Source: Paraspadella gotoi (lineage: Eukaryota; Animalia; Chaetognatha). From it: a stretch of DNA of 64,000 nucleotides. Positions 39,494 through 52,830 of the stretch are shown in pieces. Both the position numbers and the translations under genes were made by a program. The DNA lies in contig CM119269.1 of NCBI GenBank assembly GCA_051294375.1, forward strand, positions 2,534,699-2,598,698, written 5' to 3'. The notes below the pieces were generated by a model that searched no databases, had not been told where the DNA came from, and saw nothing but the letters and a program-made list of their open reading frames with translations. The first letter of the stretch is position 1. Every line of letters begins with the position of its first letter.

Positions 39494-40204
39494 AACAAGA
39501 TCGGTCCATCCAATGTGTTGCGCCGCAGTGACTTTATTTTCATATGTATTTCCCCGTGATCACGTGACTACATATTTTATAATTTTCTAAGCTCCTGTAT
39601 ATATATTATATATATATTAGGCCGGAACAGGTTGAAAACTAGAAGTTCTCTGAAATAAATAATGATAAAGTGACTGTTAGAGAATATGAAAATAAAAATA
39701 ATTTTAAAAAATTATCTTATTAATAAGCGCACGGAAGCATTTAAAGATTATTCTATTACTATATATAGTTAAAAATCTTTTTTGAATTTTTAAATTTTTT
39801 TTAATGGATTCTGATAGAGCTTTAAAAGTTAGATAAAGGTTATTAATACAAATTTTTAAAATTGTTTGGTTTTATTGATAAAAATTTTAAAAAACTATAA
39901 AATTCAGACAATGATGATGATGATGATGATTTTTTAACATTTTTTCTTTTTATAGTTTTATGATTTCCTAAAGGCGGCGCTAGCAGTCATTTAAATTTAA
40001 TGATTTTTATGTCTTAACAAATGAGTATCTAACTATGGGAGAGTTATGAGCATTTTTAACGTAAGTGGGATGGACAGACATAACGACCGACCGACCGACC
40101 GACCGACCGACCGACCGACCGACCGACCGACCGACCGACCGACCGACCGACCGACCGAAAAGTGACATGAAGAGTTGCTACGCGAGTACTCGCGGCGCAA
40201 CTAA
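39494..40204 (-). mobile_element. HINE-like element, copy 4, interrupted by ~340 bp of AT-rich sequence; long (GACC)n
   Basis: AACAAG..CCAATGTGTTGCGCCGCAGTGACT at 39494-39533, family body from ~39940, (GACC)n 40084-40157, then the terminal palindrome GTTGCTACGCGAGTACTCGCGGCGCAACT. Confidence 0.75.
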
Positions 40205-41065
40205 TAAAATGGGATCCAAATCGAAAATGGAATAGACGACGGGAAAATTTGTCATTTGAGTGAATGGACGAAAAAAAGGTAAGTTAAAAAGTAAGTCCTT
40301 TACGTCGGTAAGAAGAAAATCCCCGCGAGAAAGTAGAAAATGGCAGCAGCGTAGAAGTAATAAAGATGGTGAACTGAGGGGAGAGAAAGAAAATGGCTGA
40401 TATCTTTATTTCAAACAAGGAGAAAATTTTCCGATTTTTATGGTTATGGTCCCCAAAGCATTGCTCTCGTTTTTCTTCATATTACTCTCGCGCACGCGGG
40501 GGAGCGGACACAATGGGTTTGGGGGGGGGGTGGTTTAGCTGGAGCGTGAAACTGGGGTTAATGGGAGCGGAGCTGTGGAGTTAAAGGGGAGCGATTTCTA
40601 TGGGGGGGTGTGTTACAGGTAGTTGAGGTTTCGTTGAAGTTTCGGTAGAACGCTGAATTAAACTTGAGGGGGGTAGGATTGTCGTCAGCGTTAATTAGTT
40701 TCGGCGAGAAAGCAATAAGAGTCCAGCAAGATTAATAAAATTTCAAGTGATATACATGTGCGCGCCGTCGGCCCCGCCACGTAAGCGGCGTATGAAGGCG
40801 GCGAGAGGAGGAAGAGGGGCGAATTCTAGAATATCGAACGCTCGCTCCTTTCCACGTCGTAAAATTTAAATTAAAGGATGGGCTTTCGCCTTCGGGGAGA
40901 ATAAAAAAATAAAAATTCGATAATGCCAATGATGAAAAAAATATGAGCCGATAAAATGAAATGATAAAATAGGAGAATCGGAAAACCGTTTCCTGGGGGG
41001 GAAACGAGCGAACGGGAATTTCGTTCTTTTCTTTCTAGATTCATCCTAGTTTTGGCGGGAAAAAA

Positions 41066-41156
41066 TACGATTGGCTGAGAAAGTAAATGAGATAACTTGG
41101 AGAATGAGAAGTGACAGTTGATTGGTTGAATTATTAATTGATTCATTGATTGGCGT
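41066..41156 (-). promoter_or_regulatory. CCAAT-box cluster
   Basis: CGATTGGCTG, TGATTGGTT and TGATTGGCG within ~90 bp. Confidence 0.3.
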
Positions 41157-41814
41157 CGGAGAGAAAGAAGAATGATGTGAGGAAAAAGAAAAACGTAATA
41201 CAATTTTTCTAAAGCGCTTCCGTCGGGCCCTAGACCCTAACTCTTGTATCAGAATAATTTGTGGTTGGTTCATTACAAATTAGATTGAGTTATAGAATCT
41301 CATCTACATATTAGAATATTAATTTGATAACTAAATTATTATTAAAACTTAATAAAGGTTTTGCTAAAATCGTCAAATAAGACTACGATGAAAACCCTAA
41401 CAAAGGATATGAAAAATTATCTAAACTGCTACAATATGTAAATGAGATTGAAAAACCTCAATCTCATTTGTGACGAATCACAAATTATTCTGCTACACTC
41501 TAACCTAATTTTAAACCTTAGGCAGAGAGGGGGGCGCTTTTGTAAACTTTGGCTGAAAAAAGGATCCATTACTTCGGTCTTCATCAGCGGCACAACGCGT
41601 CTTCACTTCACGTCGCGCGAGTGAACTTCAGTTTGAACGAAGCTTTGGTTTTTTTTTTCACTGGTGCGAGGATCTTCACGCCGTGAAAAGCTAATTAGGT
41701 TTTCGACGCAGGGAAGAAAGTGAGTTGGTTGGATCGAGTAAAGTTCATGCGGATCAACAGGATCAACAGGATCAACGGCTGGGTAGGGTAAGAATTTCAA
41801 TTAATTATTGGATC

Positions 41815-41848
<34 letters not shown>

Positions 41849-41861
41849 AGAGAGAGAAGAG

Positions 41862-41912
<51 letters not shown>

Positions 41913-42907
41913 GGGAACCCAAAGGAGATGTTTCATTTTGCAGTCTCTCAATTTATTTTCGAGTGAGATGACGAACGAGCGATAAAAGAAAATTAATAAA
42001 GTGATAATTAATAAAAACTTTCGCCTGATCGGATAAAAACTAAATATCTTTTTCATTCTGTCGATGTTATAAACGAGCAATAAAATTTGGGTCCCTCAAT
42101 TGAAAAGCATTTATTACTTTACGAAGTTTCTGTCGTTTTATTATTTTTTTTTGCAATGGCTTAAATATCTCCTTTTTATAATATCATTTAAGGAAATACT
42201 CATGGAGGATGAAATCAATTGAGGTTATATTTCTGAGAATAAAGGTGACGTTGATCAATTCTACTCCAACTAAAACAAGCGACGTGGTTAGATTTTACAG
42301 TTCCGATAATTCTGTAAGCTGAATGGTCGATTCCGATTCCATGGTTGACCAATCAGGATTCGGCGATTCCATTTCCACGGAGATCGCCCGAATCTCCGAT
42401 CCGATTTGCTTCTGGTGGCTTGATATAATATAATGAAAATATGATAAATATATCCACGAGTCTCCTTTTTTCTTTCTCATTTTTGACCTTTCCCGACTTA
42501 GGATTTTTTCAAACTTTCTGCTTGTTTCTAGCGACGGCGTTTTGCTCGAAACTTTCGTTTGGCGGCCGAATTTAAATTTTAACCGATGAGTCATCGATGG
42601 TTTCGTCTTTCGAATATTTTACTTTTCATTTTTCTCATTTTGAGTTCCACGAGGAGAAAAAGTCTTTTTCTCACTCCCATAGTTCCATACACCGTTTATG
42701 TACGATATTAATCGTCATTAGACGTTATGATTATATTTTTATTTCGACGTCAGCTTCAACACAAAGACAAATATATTCCTTTACAACTAAATTAACTCAA
42801 TTTCATCGGACGCAGAAGGAAATGAAAAAAGAGTGTGAAATAAAATCTATTTATTCACGCGCGTGCGTTAATTCGCCGCCAACAACGCCAACAATGAAGA
42901 CGCCGCT

Positions 42908-43026
<119 letters not shown>

Positions 43027-44004
43027 TTTAGGACAACGACAACAACAGCTCATTAAATTTCCAAATTTGACTCTAATTCGTAAAAGAAAAAAAGAAGGAA
43101 AGAAAAATCCCGAGTCAGAAATGAGCTTCGCAATGATAATTAATTCCAATCAACTTTCGATGTTTTAATTCGGTTTTTTTTTTGTTTATTTTTTTTCATA
43201 TCGCTAATGATGACGTTTTCCTTTCTTTGCTCTTCTCTTCTCTTTTCTTTTCTTTTCTTTTCTTTTCTTTTCTTTTCTTTTCTTTTCTTTTCTTTTCTTT
43301 TCTTTTCTTCTTTTCTTTTCTTGCCTTTTGGTTTTATTTTTCATCCTCATTTTTTTATTTTCTTTATTTCTAAACTTTCACATTTTTATTTTATTCTTTT
43401 GTTGTTTATTATTTTGATAGTCTTATCCTTTTCGCAATGTTTTTGATGCCGATATTCTCATTCCAGTCTGTTAAGCCTTTCCCTTTTTTTTTCGGAAGAA
43501 ACCGCACAGATGTCGTTTATTCTCAAACGCCTTCAGGCTCGAAAATCGTTTGAAGAAATGCCGCCAAATTCGAGTCAATTGCGCAAGAAAAAAAAAAAGG
43601 AGAAAAAAGGAAATAAAAAAAGGATCGGGAATGATTTGGTTGTGGCGGATGTTTTGTTGGGCTTTTTAAAGATTGGATGGAAAAAGAGGGAAAGGATAAG
43701 GAAGGAAGGAAAAAGAAGGAAAAAGGAAAAATAAGAAAAAAGGATAAAGGGGGAAGTAAAAAAAAAAGATAAAGAAAATAAAAAGGTTTAGGATTTGGGG
43801 AGGAAAAAGGAAAAAGGAAAATTGGGTAAGGAAAAAAAAATGGAGATAAAATAAGCTAAGTAACAGGAGAAACTGGAAAAATATGTGGGAATTTTATGAA
43901 AAGTAAGTAATAAGGAAAAGGAGAAAGTGTTAAACAGAGAAGGAATGCTGGTTAAAAGACTAGTAGGAAAGGTTTTTTAAAAAAAAAATCATTTAGAGAA
44001 AATG

Positions 44005-44203
44005 AAATTCACATGACATGACATGTATCGGAATTCCATCTTTTATTCTTTATAGTTTTAGGATTTCCTTAAGGCGGCGCCAGCAGTCACTTAACAAATG
44101 AGCAACTAATTAAAAGCGAATTATGAGAATTTTTAACGCAAGTGGGACAGACCGAGGGACAGACATACCGACTGACCGACCGACCGAGAGTACTCGCGGC
44201 TCG
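44005..44203 (-). mobile_element. HINE-like element, copy 5 (truncated)
   Basis: CATGACATGAC..TTTTATTCTTTATAGTTTTAGG..AAGGCGGCGC..GTGGGACAGACCGAGGGACAGACATACC..GAGTACTCGCGG. Confidence 0.75.
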
Positions 44204-44461
44204 AAATAAATGTGAAAACGCGAGAAGAGAAAGAGAGATAAAACCGATTGTGCCCTGATGAAGATATACAAGATACATAAAGGGACAATATGTGAAGAAA
44301 AGGATGTTGCTTGGGGCGCTCGAAAGGATATAAAGGATGTGGCTCTTATATAGCTCTTATAGGACACAAAGCTTCAATGACGCATTAACCAGAGTTGATA
44401 GTATTTCAGGCTGGATCTTGAGAGAAAAGTTGACGCTGCAGGCCAATTTTAAGAGAGAGAG

Positions 44462-44499
<38 letters not shown>

Positions 44500-45141
44500 G
44501 TTTGAGCAAACGAGTAAGCAGCGAGACGGACATCCTTATTTTGCGTATTTTATCATAATTCGATGTTCTTATGTTCTTATTTTCTTATGTTCTTATTTTC
44601 TTATGTTCTTATTTACCAACAAAAAGAGATAAGACCGACGGACCGAAAAAGTGAATTATAGAAGAAGAGAGAGAGAGTGAGAAATGTTTCGCCGAGCTCT
44701 TCCGATACGTATCGCCTTTTACAGGATAGAAAAAAATTGGAAAAAAGTAAAAATGAAAATGAAGAAGTGAAAATAGGAGTAAAAATAAGATGAAGATCTT
44801 TTTTTTTTCGGGAAGAATCATTTCGTGGCTCTGTCTTCAACTCGGATTTCGTTTAAGTTATGAAGTTAATTAATAATAATTAACATTCCTAAAGAACAAA
44901 AAAGTGCTGTGAGAATACATAATTTAAACAATTCTGGAAAATACTAAGTTTTAAGATTAAATCCGACACTCAATCAAGTCGCATCATGAAACTAATTGGA
45001 ATCACCGCATCGCCATTCTGAAAATGGCATCACGATCCTTTTACATCCGGGAATTTAAATCGCCACATAGAGATCCTATCACATCCGGCAAGAGGACTCG
45101 CCACTACTCGCGGGAGACAGTCCAGATTAAAAAAAAAAAAG

Positions 45142-45510
45142 AAACAAGAACGGTAATTCCAATGTGTTGCGTCACGTGTATTTCCCTTTGATCACATGAT
45201 ATGATATGACATGACATGACTAAAAACTTTCTTTGCCCCTGTATTTTCGACTTGCACTGTATCAAAATTCCATCTTTTATTCTTTATTGTTTTAGAAATT
45301 CCTGAAGGCGACGCTAGAAGTCTCTGAGATTTGAGGTTTTTTTTCTGTCTAAATAAATGAGCTATCAAATATAGGCAAATTATATGCATTTCTAACGTAA
45401 GTGGGACAGACCGAGGGACAGACATACCGACCGACCGACAGGCCAACCGACAGACCGACCGAAAAGTGACTTATAGAGTTGCTCCGCGAGTACTCGCGGC
45501 GCAACTAAAA
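45142..45510 (-). mobile_element. HINE-like element, copy 6 (near full length)
   Basis: Both ends present: AACAAGAACGGTAATTCCAATGTGTTGCG, and the 30-bp palindrome AGTTGCTCCGCGAGTACTCGCGGCGCAACT (45477-45506) followed by AAAA. Confidence 0.8.
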
Positions 45511-46289
45511 AAACGGCCTTCCTCTGGACGCAAACAAATCGGCCTCTTATGAGTAATAACGTTGCGGGGACTGCCCGGCGAGTCGCAATAACCGGTCCCT
45601 CGGTAATTTACGGGATTTTAAAAAAAGGAGAGTTGGAAGCGTGAGGACCGAAGGTGAGGTGAGGGGACTGAGACGGAAAATGGGAGGCTGAGAATGAGGA
45701 CATTGAGGAGGGACCGAAGGAGAAACTCAAAGCTACCGGCCTTTGTTCTGCGTTCGTGACAACAAAAAAAAAAAGCGGACCGGGACTGGGTGAAACGAAG
45801 CCCTCGAGTCTGATTGCGAATGAGAACCAAAAAGAGAGAAAAATAATTTAAGAGAGAAAAATAATTTAAAAAAAGGGAGGTCCAGATCTTATGGAACTAA
45901 CTTCAACTGCTTTATGATAGAGAAAAAAAGGGACTCTATTTAAAAACTGGGCTAAATTACCCTTAAATCGATATCAAAAACGTCTGGAAAATCCAACAGC
46001 AACTACTGTAAAAACATGTCAAAATTCTTCGTTTACAAATTTTGGGGAAATTTTGGTGAAAAGCAACTTTTGGCTGCGCCGTTTTTCTGACTACAATCCC
46101 CCTGATAAATGAAAATGTAAGATAAGGAAGCAGATAGTCCTACGCATCCCCTCTAGAACTGTCGAATTTCTGTCAGCACTAATAGTGACAGAAATGACAG
46201 CCATTCCCTACTGGCGCGGTCGAATTATGATTTTTTTATCCGTCCTAACGATTTTTTTAGTTAGCCCAAAAGAGCTGGACCCCCAGTAC

Positions 46290-46552
46290 CAGGGGCGTCG
46301 AGAGAAATGCGGGCCTGGCCCCTGCCGGCCCCCCCACTGGCCCCCTGGCCGGGCCCCCCTGCTCTCCATAATTTTAGTTTTCTGCTTTGAGAATTGCTCC
46401 AGTGCTCAAACTTCTGCCTCCTATTCTTTTTTCCTATTTTTTTTCTTTTTCTTTTTTTTTCTTTTTTTCTTTCTTCTTTCTTTTTTCTCTCTTCTCAAGG
46501 CCATCCCGGGCCCCCCTGAGGCGAATGAAACCCCCCCCTCTCGCCGCCACTG
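46290..46552. mobile_element. Non-autonomous hAT-superfamily MITE (263 bp)
   Basis: TIRs CAGGGGCGTCGAGAG / CTCTCGCCGCCACTG (13/15). Perfect 8-bp TSD CCCAGTAC at 46282-46289 and 46553-46560. Subterminal GGCCCC/GGGCCC motifs. Confidence 0.88.
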
Positions 46553-47899
46553 CCCAGTACAATGTGTACAGAAAAACGAACAGATAAAAGACATTGCTAG
46601 TTTCGAAATCCGATTCTTTTTACGTTTGTTTTTCACACAAAAAACGAAGATAATGGACGTAAAAAGACGAAACGAGCATAAAATGGCCGACTATGGATGC
46701 TAAACCTCTGCGCTGCTATTCTCTGTGGAACCAATAAATCTAATGCAAAGAAAAATGGATATAAGGGAGAGAAATAGAAGAGAGAGAGATTGAGAAAGAA
46801 GAGGAGGAAGAGAGAGTGAGAGAAGAGAGAAAAGAGTAGAGAGTAANNNNNNNNNNGAGATTGAGAAAGAAGGAGGAAGAGAGAGTGAGAGAAGAGAGAA
46901 AAGAGGAGAGAGTAAGCGAGTGATAGAGAGAGAGAGAGAAAAAAGTGTGATCAATCAAATGACTACCTAAGGAACCGAGTTTCCACGCCACATTATCCCT
47001 TCGACGGTTAATTCCTCTTTTTAAAATTCGGAAACCTTCATTTTATTCCTAAGAAAGAAAAAAATAAAAATCGGGGGCGATCGTAAAACTGCCAAGCTGG
47101 CGGAACACCTCNNNNNNNNNNNNNNNNNNNNNNNNNNNNNNNNNNNNNNNNNNNNNNNNNNNNNNNNNNNNNNNNNNNNNNNNNNNNNNNNNNNNNNNNN
47201 NNNNNNNNNNNNNNNNNNNNNNNNNNNNNNNNNNNNNNNNNNNNNNNNNNNNNNNNNNNNNNNNNNNNNNNNNNNNNNNNNNNNNNNNNNNNNNNNNNNN
47301 NNNNNNNNNNNNNNNNNNNNNNNNNNNNNNNNNNNNNNNNNNNNNNNNNNNNNNNNNNNNNNNNNNNNNNNNNNNNNNNNNNNNNNNNNNNNNNNNNNNN
47401 NNNNNNNNNNNNNNNNNNNNNNNNNNNNNNNNNNNNNNNNNNNNNNNNNNNNNNNNNNNGAGAGAGAGAGAGAGAGAGAGAGACTTCCATTTGTGGCAAT
47501 GATTAGCAAAAACTCCGCAGTCGAGGAAAGAAACCTTCTTCCTCTTTTCTCTTTCGGGATTAAAACTGGAAGAAGGAGACGGAGGAAATAAAGAAGGAGA
47601 CGGAGGAAATAAAAGGAAAGGAGATCGAGAAGAGAAGAAGGAAGTAGAGGNNNNNNNNNNNNNNNNNNNNNNNNNNNNNNNNNNNNNNNNNNNNNNNNNN
47701 NNNNNNNNNNNNNNNNNNNNNNNNNNNNNNNNNNNNNNNNNNNNNNNNNNNNNNNNNNNNNNNNNNNNNNNNNNNNNNNNNNNNNNNNNNNNNNNNNNNN
47801 NNNNNNNNNNNNNNNNNNNNNNNNNNNNNNNNNNNNNNNNNNNNNNNNNNNNNNNNNNNNNNNNNNNNNNNNNNNNNNNNNNNNNNNNNNNNNNNNNNN

Positions 47900-48110
47900 A
47901 AAGGAGATCGAGAAGAGAAGAAGGAAGTAGAGGAAGGAAAGAAAAAGAAAAGAGATCGAGAATAGAAGAAGGAAGTAGAGGAAGGAAAGAAAAGGAAAGG
48001 AGATCGATGAGAGAAGAAGGAAGTAGAGGAAGGAAAGAAAAGGAAAGGAGATCAAGGAGAGAAGAAGGAAGTAGAGGAAGGAAAGAAAAGGAAAGGAGAA
48101 GGGGATCGAG
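47900..48110. repeat. ~48-bp purine-rich minisatellite, probably continuing through the gap from ~47610
   Basis: AAGGAGATCGAGAAGAGAAGAAGGAAGTAGAGGAAGGAAAGAAAAGGA recurs about 4 times. Confidence 0.85.
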
Positions 48111-49489
48111 GAAAGAAAGAGAAAGAGGAAGAGAGAGAAGGAGAGGAGAAGAAGATGGACTAGGAAGAAGCAGGTGAATAAATAAGGAGGAAAGAAAAGG
48201 AATTTAGGAGAATAAAGGAGGAAGAAGGAATAAATCAAAATATAAGATGGAAAAAAAAGAATGGATTACAAATAAGAGTAAAGGACGGGAAGTTCGGAAA
48301 GAAAAGTAGAACAAAAAAGGAGAGAAAAAGGAGAAAGAAAAAAGAGGAGAATAAGGAGGAAAAAAGGAAAGAAGAAAATAAGAAGAAAAAAAGGAGAACC
48401 GATGAGGAGGAAGGAGAAACGTAACAGCACCTAAATCAAGAGTCGGTTGGGAAAAAAAAAGGAAAAAAGAAAAAAAGGAAAAAGGAAAAAAGGAAAAAGG
48501 AAAAAAGGTGGAATGGCGTAGACTCAGAGTGATATAAGTGACCGTCTGGAATTTCTTATAAAAGACAGATCTCGATGGAAGAAAAGTCAAAAAAGGTTTG
48601 AAGGGGAAAAAAATGGTAAAGTTTGGTTAAAAGAATTTTGTAATAAAAAAAGAAGAAAAACACCATGTGAGATGGGAGGGAGTAAAGTGGTATGAAAAAA
48701 GAATTTTCGGCTGCGGTGAGGATGAAAAAAAAAAAGAGTTGAATCCCAAAATCGGTTTTTCCGTTTCTGATTCGAAGAAAGAGATGACATGAAATTGAAA
48801 ATACACGAACTCTCAGAGAAAGTGAAAAAAAAGAACAACATCCACTAAGGTTTGTTTTTTTTCGAGTTTCGTCGTTGAAACTCAAACTCAGCTGTAGTTG
48901 AAATATTTATGAATTCATGATGTAAAAACTTATTTTTCAGTTTTCGTTTTTAAAAGAAGTAAAATCCGTCGAGACATCGTCTGTCTCAGTGAAAGAATTT
49001 GAAAAGAGAAAAAAAGTCAAAAGCCAAAACAGACCTGTTTACGTTGGAATCGCATTTTTTTTAGGATTTAAACGAGACGAATGAGAAAAAAAGTGGAAAA
49101 ATCTTGGCTCGAAAATTTCAGAATTCTCAGATGGGAAATAAGACTAAAGTCTAAAGTCTAAACAATTGTCAGGGAAAATTTCGATAACGCAAATGGAAAT
49201 TGCACCAGTGGGATTTCGGAAGGACATAAAAAGTGAATGAAAGTCTTATGCTTTTTTTTTTTCACTAACGGAAACGGTGTCGTCGAATATTGCCGTACCG
49301 CGTCGATGTCAAATTTAAAGGAAAAAAATTCTTGCATAACGTAGTGGATTTGTGAGAACATTTTTCTCAGGCCGTAAAANNNNNNNNNNNNNNNNNNNNN
49401 NNNNTTAAAAACAAGAAGCAAGAGAATGGAGAGCTGGCGGGAGTGGGAGAGAGGAGAGAGAGAGAGGAGAAGAGAGAGAGAGAGAGAGA

Positions 49490-49520
<31 letters not shown>

Positions 49521-49942
49521 GAGATAAAGAAATGCGATAAAACGAGCGCGAGAAAAGTTTTTTTTCTCTTGAAATTGCAAAAAAAAAGATGAGTGAGAAA
49601 AATGGAGACTATCGTAATTAGGAAAAATAAATGATAAAAGAAATTAAAGTGTGAAGGGTGTGTGGAGGGGGCTGGCCGGTGGTGGCCTGGGGTGCTGGAC
49701 GGTGGGGATTTCAGAAAGCTCAGTGATTTTTTTTATCCCTTTTTGTTGTCGTTTGTCAGGATGATTCCAAACTTTGAAAAAACGCGAGATAAAACGAAAA
49801 AGAAGCCGGTGATCTCGAAAAACGTGGAAAAAAAAGGGAAAAAAAGAAAAAAAAAGGGAAAAGGAGATAAAGGGAAAATAGAAAAAGGTGGGAAAAAAGG
49901 TTAAAAAAGGGAGTAATGACGGGGAGAAAGAAAAGAGAAAAT

Positions 49943-50298
49943 AAAAGATGGTTATTCTATGTGTTGCGCGCAGTACTTATTTCACGTGTATTTCCTTTGA
50001 CTACATGATATGACATTGACATGACATTGTTGAAAAAAACTTATTGGTTTTGTATTTATGACATTGCCTTGCATCGAGTCTTTTATTCCTTATAGTTTTA
50101 GGTTTTCTTGAAGGCGCGCTAGTAGTCCTTAGATTTGAGGTTTTTTCCTGCTTCACAAAATGAACACTAAACTATAGGCGAATTCATATACATTTTTACA
50201 ATTGGTGGGACAGCACCAACGTACAGACATACGTACAAGAGACGAAAGACCGAGAAAGTGACTTAGTAGAGTATGCTCCGCGAGGTAGGCGCAACTAA
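49943..50298 (-). mobile_element. HINE-like element, copy 7 (noisy duplicate of copy 8)
   Basis: Same motifs with scattered indels. Confidence 0.75.
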
Positions 50299-50627
50299 AA
50301 GAAAGAAAAAATGAGGTAGATGTTGGAGAAGGAAAGGCGACCCGACTCCCGGGTTTTGCAGGTTTTATAAGTCTCCGCCGTCGCTCGGTTCGATGCGTCG
50401 TGAACGGAAGCTTTTGAGGTCAAGCGTCGTGCGTTTCCTTTAACAAGTTTTATTCTTATTATGAAAAAGTAGAAGGATTATATTCAAATAAATTTCCGTC
50501 TCATAAACTTTAGATTAAAATAATTAATAGGAGGAAGCCGTGAAAAAATAGATTTCAAATTCCGAGAAAGAGAATTCCCTCTCGGATCGTTCGCTTTGAA
50601 ATTTTAAAATGAAATAAATATAAGAAA

Positions 50628-51541
50628 TAGGGTATTGCACAAAAACTTAGAAATACTAATTTTCTTCATTCAATGGCTTATTTAAACCTTATATTAAGCG
50701 CTAACGAAGTGTACTTTAATCGTAATTCCAAGTGACTTTTAAATATTGATTACGCAACTGATTTCGTCAATTTGGAGTAACGTTTCTGCTCCTTACTGCT
50801 GTCAAGGATAGTTTCAACAAAAAATTTTTGAAAAACGCTTTTTCTAATTAAGTATACATTTTGTATTGGATCAGATTTGATTTCTTTTTTTTTACTGTTT
50901 TGTTGGCGCCTGGTGGGTAAAAACTACGCCAAAAACAGTATTATTTCCTACATTACATATGTGGCGTTAAGATTGAAATTTTCGTTAGAAAATAAATGAC
51001 TATATAAGGATAATACCATTAATAATATTACAGTATCATTTAATATTAGCAAATGAGGAATGTATAAGCTGAAAAAGCACGAATAAATTTCTTAAGATGC
51101 ATAATAAATATATTATATCAGTTCATACATATTGATGCATCATAGCCTTAATTACAGTAGAAAACCAATATATAAAATTGACTATCCACCAGAAATGCTT
51201 TCTGGCGCAATTTTTGCGCATCATTTTTGGAATTTATCAATGAATAATACCTTGAGAGTAAATAACATTTGCATCTCTATAACCAGAGGTTTGCGAGGAA
51301 AGCCTAGTTTTGCGCACAATAAAAAGAAATTGCTTTCTGTACTATTCCAAATTTTCTTATTTGAAAGATTCTTTTTCGGTTTTAGTTAGAGTTACGCTTA
51401 CGCTACGATATCAAAAAATAAAAATTTCTTTTCAGTATTCCATTACATAAATAATTCAAAAACCTTGTTTTTGGTATCAAATTCCCTATTATTTTCGCCG
51501 ATAGAGAAATTAAAAATTTCGTCGAATACTGCTAATCCCTA
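50628..51541. mobile_element. ~914-bp hAT-like non-autonomous element, absent from the duplicate copy
   Basis: Ends TAGGG(T)ATTGCA ... TGC(T)AATCCCTA, flanked by ATAAGAAA / ATAATGAA. The empty site at ~55455 has a single ATAATGAA. Confidence 0.7.
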
Positions 51542-52774
51542 ATAATGAATTAAAATGTTAAAAATATTTAGTTTTATTACTCAGTTTTAAAATTCGGTAG
51601 TAAAAAGGTTAAAGAAGAGATAAGTCTTAACATTACATATCAAAAACCAAGCATCGTTTTTTGGGGGGGAAAATAATAAGAATCGATGAGAAATATGAGA
51701 GATAAGGTTTTTACCTAATGACCTTAAATTTAAATTATTTATTATTATATTATTTATTATTATTTAATGATCTGCTTAATCTCATTCCTTGACTTTTTCT
51801 TTTGAAAAAGAAATTCAAGGATGTATAACATTTTTTTTCTTCTTCAATTTTCAAGAAACGATTTACGTCAGGCGCAGACAACAAACAAAATCCCTACTAT
51901 GAATTGTTAAATTTGTAAATTTGTAGATGCAGTGAAGAGATTGTCATCTGTTTCCACAAAGGTCGGCGAGATTCCATTTCTTTAATTTTTTTGTTAAGTC
52001 TTTCACTGCGATTCTGGAGCATTCATTCATGCGTTTCAGAATGGGTAATGAACTAAAGACAAGTTCTATCAAGAAAAACCTCCAGGTAAAACATCCAACT
52101 TACTGAACCAAAAAAAAAAAAAAAACATAAAAACGTGACAAACAAAGAGACAAAAAAAAAAGATCTATTTTCTGTTTTTTTTCGATGCCCAGATTCGTAT
52201 GCGCGGATTCCGAACCCAGAATTCCTTAGAGAAATATTCCTCGGTTGGGCGAGAAGAGAGAAGAGGAGAGAGGATGAGAGAGAGAGAGAGAGAAGAGAGT
52301 GAGAGAGAGAGAGAGGAGAGAGAAGAGAGAGAGAGAGAGAGAAAAATAAGAGTTATGGAATTCTCTGGTGATTTGTTTGGCCGCCCATGGCGGTCCTTGC
52401 TGCGTTAAATTTTCGGCGCGTCCATTCCACGCGCATGACAACCGCCTCACAAAAACGCCCCGGCGCTTTAATTCCTCGGCGCCTTTTATCGGTTTATATT
52501 TTATTTATCTTCGCCGCATGGTCGCCGTCTATCTATCGTTTTTGACCCCGGTTTTTATCAGAGATGGTTTTTTTATCATATTTCTTATTTTTAGTATTGA
52601 AAAACATACTTTAACTTATTTATGATTTTTTTTGAAATAAGAAGAAAATTTATTCCGTTTATCCGATTTAATCCGTTTATCAAAACAAGTGATTTATAAT
52701 TACGTACATCGAAACCTGAAACTTTAACCATTTAAAAATTTCCCTCTCTCTCTCTTCTCTCTCTCTCCTCTCTC

Positions 52775-52830
<56 letters not shown>

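Noticed and set aside
46159-46200. Small hairpin ATTTCTGTCA...TGACAGAAAT
   Set aside because: Too short and isolated to support a miRNA or element call.
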